DNA of 64,000 nt, from contig CAVSGI010000006.1 in the NCBI GenBank assembly GCA_963727445.1, positions 288,001 to 352,000 of the forward strand, read 5' to 3'. Positions 1-9,317 of the stretch are shown here, piece after piece (position 1 is the stretch's first letter; each line of letters opens with the position of its first letter). Origin of the DNA: an uncultured delta proteobacterium. GTDB lineage: Bacteria; Myxococcota_A; Polyangia; Polyangiales; B10-G4. The notes beneath the pieces are model-generated. The model saw only the letters and a list, made by a program, of their open reading frames with translations. It did no database searches and had not been told where the DNA came from. The position numbers and the translations under genes were made by a program.

Positions 1-2
1 TC

Positions 3-164
3 CTCCGCGGCGAGCCCACTCCTCTCGACTCGCACGCCCCGATCCCTCGTGCGGTGTCGACGATCGCCCTCAGAGCACTCGAAAAGGATCCCGGCGATCG
101 CTTCGATGATGCGCGCGCGATGGCCGATGCACTCCGTGACTTCAGCGGATCGCGCCCGGTCTGA
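3..164 (+). CDS. 3' end of a Ser/Thr protein kinase (truncated by window start)
   Basis: Manual translation of frame 3 gives ...IALRALEKDPGDRFDDARAMADALRDF..., a typical kinase subdomain XI/C-lobe; TGA at 162-164. Confidence 0.7.
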   Translation, partial: LRGEPTPLDSHAPIPRAVSTIALRALEKDPGDRFDDARAMADALRDFSGSRPV

Positions 165-203
165 GCGTCGACACTCTCGTCGCCCGGTGCTATCACTCTG
201 TGC

Positions 204-773
204 GTGAGCTTCGGCCTCACCGCGCCAGTCCTCTGCCTGAATCGCAGCTTCGAGCCGGTTCGGGTCACCTCGGCGCGCAACGCATTCGAGATGCTCTACG
301 TCGGGCGGGGCTTCGCGCTCGACAGGGGATACGAGGCGCACGACTTCGAGAGCTGGCAGGGCATCTCGCCCGAGACCGACGACGAGACCATCGGGACCCT
401 CTGTGGACCGGTGGTCGTGCCGCGTCTGTTGCTCTTGCGCACGACGACGCGGGTGCCGACCGCGGAGGTGCGCCTTTCGCGGCGCAACGTCTTCCTTCGC
501 GACCAGCACACCTGCCAGTACTGCGGCCGCGAGGGAACGCCGCGTGACCTCAATCTCGATCACGTGGTGCCGCGGTCCCGCGGCGGGCCCAGCACCTGGG
601 AGAACCTCGTGACGTCGTGCCGCAAGTGCAACCTCGAAAAGGGCGGCGACCTCCCCGCCGAATGCGGCATGCATCCGCAGAAACCGCCCATCCGGCCGCG
701 CTTCGTGGCTTCGGTCCACCTGGTCACCGCTGGTCGGCGCTTTCCCGTCTGGGAGCCGTTTCTGAGCACGTGA
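204..773 (+). CDS. HNH endonuclease (McrA-like)
   Basis: VLCLNRSFEP N-terminus; RRNVFLRDQHTCQYCG...LNLDHVVPRSRGGPSTWENLVTSCRKCNLEKG HNH/zinc motif. Confidence 0.9.
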   Translation: MSFGLTAPVLCLNRSFEPVRVTSARNAFEMLYVGRGFALDRGYEAHDFESWQGISPETDDETIGTLCGPVVVPRLLLLRTTTRVPTAEVRLSRRNVFLRDQHTCQYCGREGTPRDLNLDHVVPRSRGGPSTWENLVTSCRKCNLEKGGDLPAECGMHPQKPPIRPRFVASVHLVTAGRRFPVWEPFLST

Positions 774-843
774 GGGAAGTGGGGGGCCTGTGCCCGGCGC
801 TCCTCTCGACACGGGCCTTTTCACGGACTATGAGGCGCGCCTG

Positions 844-2400
844 ATGTCCGACTCGGCCCACGAGCCCGAGGTGCTCGAGACGCGTCCTGCCAAGCGGCGG
901 GTGCTCGTGGTGGCGGGCGCCAAGGGTGGCGTGGGCAAGACGGTGGTCGCGACCAACCTCGCGATCTATCTCGCCACCATCGGCCGCCGCGTGGTCCTGG
1001 TGGATGCCGACCGCGCAGGGTCGAGCGTTCACACCCTCCTCGGCGTCCAGCGGCCGTCGCCTTCTTCGGGTCGCGTGCCCGAGTGGCTCAGCGGCAACGA
1101 GAGTGACGCAAAGGACGACCGCTTGCTCGAGTCCGCGGTCCCCGGCCTTTCGCTGCTGCACGGCGGCATCGACGAGCCGGTGGCGGGGAGCTTCCGGCGC
1201 GGCGGGCACAAGCGACTGATCGCGTCGCTCGAGGAGCACGAGGCGGACTACTTCGTCGTCGACCTGGGCTCGGGCACGCAGCCTGCGCTGGTCGACGCTT
1301 TCTTGGGCGCCGATCTCTCGCTCTTCGTGACGACGCCGGAGCCCACCGCGATCGACAACACCTATCGCTTCGTGCGTTCGGCCTTCGCGCGCGCGCTCAA
1401 GCTCAGCGCGCCGGATCGCGAGACCCAGAACCGGCTCGTGCAGCGCCTCCGCTCGATGGGCAATGCGCCTTCGCCCATGGACCTCGCGCGCCGACTCGAA
1501 GCGGCGGGCGATCCCCTCGCCGACCTCGTGCGGCGCGCCATCGACGAGCTCGACTTCCGCTTCATCTTGAACCAGACGCGTCTGCGCGCCGATCTGGAGC
1601 TCGGTGAGTCGATGGCCATCGCCTGCCGCCGGCGGCTCGGCATGAGCCTCGACTACCTCGGCTACATCGAGCAGGACGACGCGGTCTGGGCGTGTGTGCG
1701 ACAGCGGCGCCCGGTGCTGGTCGAGAGCCCGGGTACCAAGGCGAGCAAGAACATCGAGAAGATCGCGCGGCGCCTGCTCTCCATCGAGGCGGGCAAGGGG
1801 CCGCGCAAGCACGTCGCCGACGTCCCACCGGAGAGCCATCACGATCTGCTCGGCGTCGAGCGCGGCGCCACCGACGAGGAGATCCGCCGCGCGTACAAGC
1901 GCGCCGAGAAGATCTACGACCCGGAGGCGCTCGCCTGCTACGGGCTCTTCGACGGGCGCACCATGGACGCGCTCAAGGCGCGTCTCGAAGAGGCCTACGA
2001 CGTGCTCCTCGATCCGGCGCGACGGCGACCCTACGAGCTCTCGGTCTTCCCGCTCGATGCCCCGCCCGAGCCCCTGCCGCGCCGCCCCGAGAGCGACGAG
2101 CCCAAGCCACCGCCGCCGGTGATCACCCCGGACACGGAGTTCACCGGGGCGCTCCTCAAGGCGGTGCGCGAATCACAAGGAGTCACGCTGCCGGAGATCA
2201 GCCAGAAGACGAAGATCGGCGCCGCGCATCTCGAGGCGATCGAGGAGGACGACTTCGGGCAGCTCCCGGCGGCGGTCTACGTGCGCGGCTTCGTCACGGA
2301 GGTCGCGAAGTTCCTGCATCTCGACGCCGAGCAGGTGAGTCGCTCCTACGTGCGCCGCTACAAGCGCTACGTGGACGAGCGCGAAAAGTCCTTTGGCTGA
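844..2400 (+). CDS. MinD/FlhG-family ATPase fused to a J-like domain and a RodZ-type HTH
   Basis: Deviant Walker A GAKGGVGKT, VLVDAD, VVDLGSG, TTPEPTA; HDLLGVERGATDEEIRRAYKR (J-like); GALLKAVRESQG...LEAIEEDDFGQLPAAVYVRGFV (RodZ HTH). ATG at 844 chosen as start. Confidence 0.8.
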   Translation: MSDSAHEPEVLETRPAKRRVLVVAGAKGGVGKTVVATNLAIYLATIGRRVVLVDADRAGSSVHTLLGVQRPSPSSGRVPEWLSGNESDAKDDRLLESAVPGLSLLHGGIDEPVAGSFRRGGHKRLIASLEEHEADYFVVDLGSGTQPALVDAFLGADLSLFVTTPEPTAIDNTYRFVRSAFARALKLSAPDRETQNRLVQRLRSMGNAPSPMDLARRLEAAGDPLADLVRRAIDELDFRFILNQTRLRADLELGESMAIACRRRLGMSLDYLGYIEQDDAVWACVRQRRPVLVESPGTKASKNIEKIARRLLSIEAGKGPRKHVADVPPESHHDLLGVERGATDEEIRRAYKRAEKIYDPEALACYGLFDGRTMDALKARLEEAYDVLLDPARRRPYELSVFPLDAPPEPLPRRPESDEPKPPPPVITPDTEFTGALLKAVRESQGVTLPEISQKTKIGAAHLEAIEEDDFGQLPAAVYVRGFVTEVAKFLHLDAEQVSRSYVRRYKRYVDEREKSFG

Positions 2401-2998
2401 GCTCGCGGCACCGCTGATCCTCGCGTCCGCTTCGCCGCGCCGGCGCGAGATCCTGACCCGCCTCGGTCTCTCCTTCGAGGTGATGCCGAGCGAGGTGCCG
2501 GAGGTGCGCGGCGAGGGGGAGAGCCCGCGTGACTACGTGACCCGCCTGTCGGCCGACAAGGCCGGCTCCGTGGCTGGCGCGACCGGCGACCGAAGCCCCG
2601 CTCCCTTCGTCCTCGGCGCCGACACCACTGTGGCCATCGGGGACGAGGTGCTCGAAAAGCCCGTGGACGACCCGGACGCGACGCGGATCATCCGCCGGCT
2701 CTCCGGCCGCGCCCATCGCGTGATCACCGGCGTGAGCGTCGCGCGCGCTGGCGAGGGGGTACTGCGGACGATCGCCAGCGAGACCGAGGTGCGCTTTCGC
2801 GGGTTGAGCGACGCCGAGGTCGCGGCCTACGTGGCGACCGGGGAAGGGCGGGACAAGGCCGGCGCCTACGGCATCCAGGGCCTCGGCTCGGGGTTGGTCA
2901 CGTCGCTGTCCGGCGATTACTTCAACGTCGTGGGCCTTCCCGCGTCCGCCGTGATCCAGCTCCTCTTCGAGGTGGGGGCGCTCGCGCGCTGGCCCTGA
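2393..2998 (+). CDS. maf: Maf nucleotide pyrophosphatase
   Basis: LILASASPRRREIL, VLGADTTV, EKP, DKAGAYGIQG, NVVGLP. Confidence 0.95.
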   Translation: MAELAAPLILASASPRRREILTRLGLSFEVMPSEVPEVRGEGESPRDYVTRLSADKAGSVAGATGDRSPAPFVLGADTTVAIGDEVLEKPVDDPDATRIIRRLSGRAHRVITGVSVARAGEGVLRTIASETEVRFRGLSDAEVAAYVATGEGRDKAGAYGIQGLGSGLVTSLSGDYFNVVGLPASAVIQLLFEVGALARWP

Positions 2999-3008
2999 TG
3001 AGGATTTT

Positions 3009-3692
3009 ATGAGCTCAGTCGACGTCGCGAAGAACCTCGAAGCGATCCGCGCCCGCATCGCGGCGGCGGCCGAGCGCGCCGGACGCGCGCCCGAGAGCGT
3101 CACCCTGGTCGCGGTCAGCAAGGTTCATCCGCCCGAGGCCATCCGCGCTGCCTACGCCGCCGGCCAGCGCGTCTTCGGTGAGAACTACGTGCAGGAGCTG
3201 GTGCAGAAGGCGGCCGCGCTCGAAGACCTCGAAGACCTCACGTTTCACTTCATCGGACACCTGCAGCGGAACAAGGCCAAGGAGGTCGCGCGCCTCGGCG
3301 CGGTGGTGGAGACCGTGGATTCGGCGCGCCTCGCCGACGCGCTGGACAAGCGCGCGAGCGCCGAGGGCGTGCGCCTGTCGGTGATGCTCCAGGTCAACGT
3401 CGGCGGCGAGGCACAGAAGTCGGGGTGCCCGCCCGAAGCGGTGGAGAGCCTCGTCGCGGCGGTGCGCGGCCACGCCTCCCTCGAGCTCCTCGGGCTGATG
3501 ACAATCCCTCCGCTCACCGACGAGGCGGAGGACTCCCGCCCCTTCTTCGCTGCCCTCCGCGCGCTCCGGGACGCACACGCGCCGGGCAGCGCGCTGAGCA
3601 TGGGCATGAGTCACGACTTCGAGGTCGCCATCGCGGAGGGCGCGACCCACGTGCGGGTCGGGACGGCGATCTTCGGGCCGCGCGAGCGCTGA
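3009..3692 (+). CDS. yggS: PLP homeostasis protein YggS
   Basis: LVAVSK, FGENYVQE, HFIGHLQRNK, LSMGMSHDFEVAIAEGATHVRVGTAIFG. Confidence 0.95.
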   Translation: MSSVDVAKNLEAIRARIAAAAERAGRAPESVTLVAVSKVHPPEAIRAAYAAGQRVFGENYVQELVQKAAALEDLEDLTFHFIGHLQRNKAKEVARLGAVVETVDSARLADALDKRASAEGVRLSVMLQVNVGGEAQKSGCPPEAVESLVAAVRGHASLELLGLMTIPPLTDEAEDSRPFFAALRALRDAHAPGSALSMGMSHDFEVAIAEGATHVRVGTAIFGPRER

Positions 3693-3697
3693 GCGCC

Positions 3698-4550
3698 TCA
3701 GTCCCCCGAGCCGTCGAGGAGCGTGTCAATCTCGGCGCCGAGCGCGCGCGAACGGGCGGTAGCGGCTTCGACCGCGCCGGAGACCGCGTCGGCGAAGCCG
3801 TGCGCGTCGAGGTGAGCGAGCCCGGCTTCGGTGGTGCCCTTCGGGCTGGTCACTTTGCGACGCAGCTCGCTCGGCGCCTCGCCGCTCTCGATCAGCAGCT
3901 TGGCGGCGCCCCGCACCGTCTGCGCAGCCAGGCGCAGAGCGTCCTCGGCGGCGAGACCTGCGGCCTGTCCCCCGGCGACGAGTCCTTCAATCAGACGAAA
4001 GACGTAGGCGGGCCCCGAGCCGCTCAGGCCCGTGACCGCATCGAGGAGGCTCTCCTCGAGCTCGAGGGCGTCGCCCACCTGCGTGAAGAGGGTGTGCGCG
4101 AGGCGCGCGTCGGCGTCGGTGGCGCCGCGGCCCCGTGCGTAGGCGGTCATCCCTGCGTGCACCAGTGCGGGGGTGTTCGGCATCGCCCGCACAATCCGCA
4201 CGCCCGCGCCGAGGCCCCGCGCGAGGGCGCCGATGGTCACGCCCGCGGCGATGCTGATCACCAGCGTGTGTTGGCCGAGGACGCCCGCGAGGTCCGCGAA
4301 GACCTCGTCCATCTTCTGCGGCTTGACGGCGAGCACGACCACGTCGGCCCAGCGCGCCGCCTCCGCGTTGTCCGTGCCCGTTCGGAATCCCATGCGCGGC
4401 GGCGAGCGCTTCGAGGCGCGCCTTCGTGGGGTCGGTCGCCCAGACGCGGTCGGGCGCGAGAGCGCCGCTGTCGACGATGCCGCTGATCAGAGCGCCGGCC
4501 ATGTTGCCGGCGCCGATGAAGGTGACCTTGGTCTCGCGGCTCTCGTTCAT
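3698..4550 (-). pseudogene. proC: Pyrroline-5-carboxylate reductase carrying a one-base insertion frameshift (real pseudogene or sequencing error)
   Basis: N-terminal MNESRETKVTFIGAGNMAGALISG lies in one frame (ATG 4550); VVVLAVKPQ...RAMPNTP...TGLSGSGPAY...VTSPKGTT lies in another. Span 853 nt = 3n+1. Removing one base at 4384-4385 restores AHGIRTGTDN. Confidence 0.85.
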
Positions 4551-5473
4551 CTCGTGCTCTCCATCTCGGGCGCAGCCGGATCGGCGCCTGGCGCCTCTTG
4601 GGCTCTCGTGATGTGGGTGCGGAGCGTGAAGGCGCCGCCCAGGTCGGGTGCGTAGCTGTCGACGAGGAGCAGGTAGCTGCCGGGCTCGAGGTCGGCGGAC
4701 AGGCCGCTGTGCTGCGCGTCGGGATCGTCGTCGACGCAGGCGATCACCTCCGCGCCTTCGGCCGTCGCGCATCCGCGCCGCAGCTCGACGATCGCATCGA
4801 CGGAATCGGTGGTCACCTCTACCTCGAGGGTCGCCGCGGACGCGAGCTCCAAGCGGTAGAGGGCCTCGGGTCCGCGCCCGCCGCCGCCGCAGGCCGTGAC
4901 CGCGTCGGCGTCGGTGGGGATGAGGACGCCCTGGGTCTGCCCTTCGGCGAGGGGCGGCGCGCTCGCGCAGCGAGAGGCGAGGGCGGTCGCGTCCTCCACC
5001 GGTGGCTCGTCCCCCGGCACAGGCGGGGGCCCGTCGGGAGCCGGAGCCGGGGGCCGCGCGTCGACCGCGAGCACGAAGTCTCCCTCCCCGCCGCCCCAGC
5101 CGTCGACCACGACCAGGTAGCGCTTGCCCGCTTCGAGGTCGACCACCAGCCGAGCCTCGTCGCGCGCCTCGTGGTCGTCGTTGCAGGCGATCATCGACTC
5201 CCCCTCGTAGACGGCGATCACGATGTCGAAGGTGGCGCGCGCCCGGATGCCGTAGCGCCCGCTCGCGGGCACCTCGAGACCGTAGGCCACATCTGGGGCC
5301 AACAGGTCGCCCGAGCACTGCGGATCGAAGTCGTCGTGGGCGCCGTAGGTGGTGCCGTGGACAGGCTCGCCGAGCGCGATGGCCACGGTCTCGTCCGGGG
5401 CGCCGCCCATCGCCGCATAGATGAGCGGCGAGCAGCCGACACAAAGCGCGAGCAAGGGAACGAAGCGCGTCAC
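4547..5473 (-). CDS. Secreted lipoprotein with two PPC-like beta-sandwich domains
   Basis: Lipobox LCVGC; two similar modules (PDVAYGL...IACNDD...YLVVVDGW and PEALYRL...IACVDD...YLLLVDSY) separated by a Pro linker; TGA overlaps the proC ATG. Confidence 0.65.
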   Translation of the reverse strand: MTRFVPLLALCVGCSPLIYAAMGGAPDETVAIALGEPVHGTTYGAHDDFDPQCSGDLLAPDVAYGLEVPASGRYGIRARATFDIVIAVYEGESMIACNDDHEARDEARLVVDLEAGKRYLVVVDGWGGGEGDFVLAVDARPPAPAPDGPPPVPGDEPPVEDATALASRCASAPPLAEGQTQGVLIPTDADAVTACGGGGRGPEALYRLELASAATLEVEVTTDSVDAIVELRRGCATAEGAEVIACVDDDPDAQHSGLSADLEPGSYLLLVDSYAPDLGGAFTLRTHITRAQEAPGADPAAPEMESTR

Positions 5474-5522
5474 GGCGGGGGACAGTAGCCCAACGAGTCG
5501 CGACGCGGTATGGAGCGAGGCG

Positions 5523-6062
5523 ATGCGGCTCGCCCCGGCGCTCTCGACCCTCGTGCTCGCTCTCTTGCTGCCCGCGACGGCGCGGGCGGACGGGCCCCGC
5601 TATTCGAGTGACGGGATCTACGTGGGCGCGCGCGTGACGCCGGGGGTCGCGCTCTACGTCGCGTACGATCTCGACGTCTATCTCGACGCGGGGCGCCGCT
5701 TCTCCCTCGGTCCGGGCGTGGGGGGGACGTTCTTCGGCGCGGCGGCCGACGTCAGTCAGCAGCAGGACTACGCGATCGAGGTCGACCCGCTGAGGTTCAA
5801 GGCGCAGCCCACGGTGGGCGGCCACATTCGGCCCTTCGGGCTGGTGACCGCGGGCTTCATGTACACGCGCTATCCCATGCCCCCTGTCGCCACCGCTGAC
5901 GAATGGGCCGCGACGCTGGCGGTGGGCGCCGGGGCGGACTTCTGGATCGAGAAGCACTGGGCGCTCGACATCCTGCTCACCTCGCGCTTTCGCCTCACCC
6001 CGTCGGACAACCTCCCCATCGCGTGGGTGGAGCTCGCCTTCGGCGGACGCTTCGGGATGTGA
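5523..6062 (+). CDS. Outer-membrane beta-barrel-like protein
   Basis: Signal peptide ending ARA|DG, alternating amphipathic strands, C-terminal VELAFGGRFGM. Confidence 0.55.
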   Translation: MRLAPALSTLVLALLLPATARADGPRYSSDGIYVGARVTPGVALYVAYDLDVYLDAGRRFSLGPGVGGTFFGAAADVSQQQDYAIEVDPLRFKAQPTVGGHIRPFGLVTAGFMYTRYPMPPVATADEWAATLAVGAGADFWIEKHWALDILLTSRFRLTPSDNLPIAWVELAFGGRFGM

Positions 6063-7498
6063 TGGACGATCCCGCCGCGCAGCTCCGCGAAGCCCTCGAG
6101 GCGTTCCGTCACGAAGAGGCGATGGAGCGCGCCCGGAGGTGGCGCGGCATCGACGGCGCCGAGAGCGAGCGCGCGGTCGCGCGCCGCCATCGTCGCCTGG
6201 GCGACGTGACCCAGGTGCGCGCACTGCTCGAGGACGTGACGCGGGCCGGCGTGGACAGCGCCGGCGCCGCGGCGCTGAGAGCGCACCTCGCCCGGGCGGC
6301 CGCCGACCTCGTGCTCGCTCCGGCGCGCGACGCGCTCGAGGCGGCGGGCGGGGTCGAGCTTCGCTTCGGCCGCGACAAGGGCAACGTGGACGACGCGCTC
6401 GTGGCGCTGAGCGCTTCGGATCCCGAGCGGCAGACGTTCGCGGCCGCCGCGCTCGAGGCGCACGCCAGCCGCGTGGGCGAACATCTCGCCCAGGCCAAGG
6501 GCGAAGCGGATCGCGAAGGGCTGCGGGTCTTCGCCGGCGGCGCGCGGCCGCCGGACGCGGGCCCGGAAGCACAGGCGCTGGCGGAGCTCGCCGAGTCGCT
6601 CCTCGCCGCCACCGACGACGTCGCGCACGAGGTGCGGGGATGGCTCGCGCCAACAGGGAGCTCGGTGTTCGAGCTCATGCCGCGGCTCGCGCTTCCGGAG
6701 GCGTCGTCCTTCGTGCCGCGGCGCGATCGCTACCGTCGGCTCTCCGAAGGCGTCGCGGCCCTCGGCTTCGAAGGCGACCTGGCGTCGCGGGTGCGCGTGG
6801 CGGGGACCCATCCGTTTCCGGGGCCGAGAGCGCGCGTGGTTCTCGCGCGGACGCCCACGGACGCGCGCCTCTTCGAGTCGCGGCGCGAGTGGGGCGTCGC
6901 CTCGGAGCTTTCGGGCGCCGCGGTCCTCGGTCGCGCACTCGCCCACGTGCTCGCCGCGCCCGCCCTGCCGCTCGAGCATCGGAGGCCGCTCGGCGCAACG
7001 GTGGCGCGCGCCTTCGGCGTGATCGTCGCCCAGCTCATCGGCGATCGGGTGCATCTGATCCGAAGGCGCGGCATGACGGCGGCGGACGCCGATCGACTCG
7101 GCCGTGCGGCGGGTGCCCTGGGGGTCCTGACCGCGCGCTTGCGTGCGGCGGCGGTGACGGCGAGGGCCGCGTCGCGGAGCCCGGCCGAGCTCGAGGAGCA
7201 GGCCGCCGCGGCGGCGAGCCGCGCGCTCGGCGCGGACGTGCCCATCGCGCTCGCGCGCCTCGCGGTGGTGACCCCCGCCGCCGCAGGGCCTCGTTTCCGC
7301 GCGACGCTTCACGGGCTCGGCCTCGCCTGGCAGCTCCGCGAGCGATTCGACGAGGACTGGTTCGACAACCCCAAAGCGGCTGAGCCCCTTCGCGCGGCGG
7401 CGGCCCGGGGCGGGCTGCTGTCGGTCGAGGATTTCGCCGCGGAGCTGGGCGCGACGCCCGAGCTCGCGCCCCGCCGCCTCGCCGAGCTCTTCGGTTGA
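6062..7498 (+). CDS. Hypothetical protein, possibly a degenerate M3-like peptidase
   Basis: ATG overlaps the upstream TGA; GC3-rich frame; C-terminal LRERFDEDWFDNPKAAEPL; no intact HExxH (GRALAH instead). Confidence 0.5.
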   Translation: MDDPAAQLREALEAFRHEEAMERARRWRGIDGAESERAVARRHRRLGDVTQVRALLEDVTRAGVDSAGAAALRAHLARAAADLVLAPARDALEAAGGVELRFGRDKGNVDDALVALSASDPERQTFAAAALEAHASRVGEHLAQAKGEADREGLRVFAGGARPPDAGPEAQALAELAESLLAATDDVAHEVRGWLAPTGSSVFELMPRLALPEASSFVPRRDRYRRLSEGVAALGFEGDLASRVRVAGTHPFPGPRARVVLARTPTDARLFESRREWGVASELSGAAVLGRALAHVLAAPALPLEHRRPLGATVARAFGVIVAQLIGDRVHLIRRRGMTAADADRLGRAAGALGVLTARLRAAAVTARAASRSPAELEEQAAAAASRALGADVPIALARLAVVTPAAAGPRFRATLHGLGLAWQLRERFDEDWFDNPKAAEPLRAAAARGGLLSVEDFAAELGATPELAPRRLAELFG

Positions 7499-7554
7499 GG
7501 AACGCGCTCGGCGCACCCATTGCGCAGGGCCGCCCGGCGTTCCACTCTCCCGCC

Positions 7555-8850
7555 ATGTACGCCGAACGCCGCGCGCGCCTTCTGTCGATGATGGGACCCG
7601 GAGTCCTGGTGATCCCCTCGGCTCCCGTCGCCATTCGCAACAACGACGTCGAGCACGCATACCGACAGGATTCGAGCTTCTACTATCTGACCGGCTTCGA
7701 CGAGCCTGAGAGCGTGCTGGTCCTGACCAACCAGCACGCGCAGCACCGGATGGTGCTCTTCGTGCGCAAGCGCGACCCGGAGCGCGAGACCTGGGATGGG
7801 CCGCGCGCGGGGATCGAGGGCGCCAAGAAGCGCTTCGGCGCTGACGCCGCTTTCCACATCGATGAGCTCGCGGACAAGCTCCCCGACTACCTCGAGAACG
7901 TGAAGCGCCTCCACTACCGCGTCGGCCTCGACAGCGCCTTCGATGCGAAGCTCTTCGCCGCCCTCGACGTGGTGCGCCGGCGTGCGCGCGCGAAGAAGAG
8001 CGTGCCGAGCGAGATCGTGGACCCGGCGGTGACCCTCCACGAGCAACGCCTCACCAAGAGCGACGACGAGATCGCCATCATGAAGCGCGCCGCGGCGGTG
8101 ACGCGAGACGCGCATCTGGCGGCCATGCATGTCGCCAAGCCCGGCCGTCACGAATACGAGGTCGAGGCGGAGATGGTGCGCGTCTTCCGCAGGGCGGGAT
8201 GCGAGCGCCCGGCCTACGAGCCGATCGTCGGCTCGGGGCGCAACGCGACGATCCTCCACTACCGAAAGAACGATCGCTTGATGGAGGACGGCGATCTGCT
8301 CCTGATCGACGCTGGCTGCGAGCTCGACTACTACGCCTCCGACGTGACCCGCACCTTTCCGGTGAACGGCAAGTACAGCCCGGAGCAGCGCGCGATCTAC
8401 GACGTGGTCGTCGCTTCGCAGAAGGCGGCGATCGACGCCTGCGTGGTGGGGGCGACAGTGGACGGCGTGCACGACGTCGCGACGAACGTGCTCGTCGACG
8501 GGATGATCGCGCTCGGTCTGCTCTCGGGTGATCGCGAGGCCGTCCTCGCCGAGGGGCTCCACAAGAAGTACTACATGCATCGGACCTCGCACTGGCTCGG
8601 CATGGACGTGCACGACGTCGGCGCTTACTACGAGGACGGAGAGCCCCGGCCGATGAAGGCGGGCTACGTGCTCACGGTGGAGCCCGGGCTGTACGTCGCG
8701 GAGGACGCGGACTGCGACCCGAAGTGGCGCGGCATCGGGATCCGTATCGAAGACGACATCCTGGTCAGCGAGGCAGGCCCCGTGAACCTCACCGAGGACA
8801 TCCCCAAGGATCCCGTCGAGGTGGAGCGCATCCTCGCCGAGCGGCCCTGA
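7555..8850 (+). CDS. pepP: Xaa-Pro aminopeptidase
   Basis: YRQDSSFYYLTGF, ILHY, LLIDAGCELDYYASDVTRTFP, HRTSHWLGMDVHD, TVEPGLY, IRIEDD. Confidence 0.95.
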   Translation: MYAERRARLLSMMGPGVLVIPSAPVAIRNNDVEHAYRQDSSFYYLTGFDEPESVLVLTNQHAQHRMVLFVRKRDPERETWDGPRAGIEGAKKRFGADAAFHIDELADKLPDYLENVKRLHYRVGLDSAFDAKLFAALDVVRRRARAKKSVPSEIVDPAVTLHEQRLTKSDDEIAIMKRAAAVTRDAHLAAMHVAKPGRHEYEVEAEMVRVFRRAGCERPAYEPIVGSGRNATILHYRKNDRLMEDGDLLLIDAGCELDYYASDVTRTFPVNGKYSPEQRAIYDVVVASQKAAIDACVVGATVDGVHDVATNVLVDGMIALGLLSGDREAVLAEGLHKKYYMHRTSHWLGMDVHDVGAYYEDGEPRPMKAGYVLTVEPGLYVAEDADCDPKWRGIGIRIEDDILVSEAGPVNLTEDIPKDPVEVERILAERP

Positions 8851-8903
8851 CTCTCATGGGACAGCGCTGGCACGCGGCTGGACTCGGAGTAGAATCCAGC
8901 TGG

Positions 8904-9095
8904 ATGGAGTTTTTGGCGACACAGCGCTGCCACATCTGCGATGCGCCCATCGAGGGCGAGCCTGCAGGCCGGGGATTGCTCGTTTTTCCACGGGGCGACG
9001 ACCTCGAGACGGAAGAGCCGCCGCTCTGCGAGTCCTGCAGCCAGATGCTCGACGTCAGCGCCTACCACCGCTTCTGGCTCTTCAACGCGGACTGA
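8904..9095 (+). CDS. Small (63 aa) CxxC...CxxC putative zinc-binding protein
   Basis: MEFLATQRCHICDAPIEGEPAGRGLLVFPRGDDLETEEPPLCESCSQ...; a TAGAAT -10-like hexamer lies at 8890-8895. Confidence 0.6.
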   Translation: MEFLATQRCHICDAPIEGEPAGRGLLVFPRGDDLETEEPPLCESCSQMLDVSAYHRFWLFNAD

Positions 9096-9273
9096 GCTTT
9101 CGCTTCACGCCGGCTCGCATTGCGGCTCTGGCCTCCGCTGGCTCCCCGAGAGAGCGAACCTGGGACGACCTTGTCCCACCTTCGCCCACGACCACGCATG
9201 GGAGGGGACGTAGGTGTCCCGCGCTGAATGTAGGTTGCCGTGGTTTTCTCAGCGAATCCGTGCGGATTCCTCG

Positions 9274-9289
9274 TGGCACGCACCGTGAA
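9274..9289 (+). promoter_or_regulatory. Possible sigma54 promoter (variant)
   Basis: TGGCACGCACCGTGAA has a perfect -24 TGGCACG but GA instead of GC at -12; about 30 nt upstream of the 9318 ATG with AGGAGG RBS. Confidence 0.35.
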
Positions 9290-9317
9290 AAGGGGTGTGA
9301 GCAGGAGGAACGACACG

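Noticed and set aside
204..773. HNH nuclease as part of a defence or RNA-guided system
   Set aside because: It is a common stand-alone HNH type with no adjacent methylase, array, ncRNA-sized gap or mobile-element ends.
3987..6653. 888-aa minus-strand ORF
   Set aside because: Arg/Pro-rich shadow frame; only the ~55-aa ProC N-terminus within it is real.
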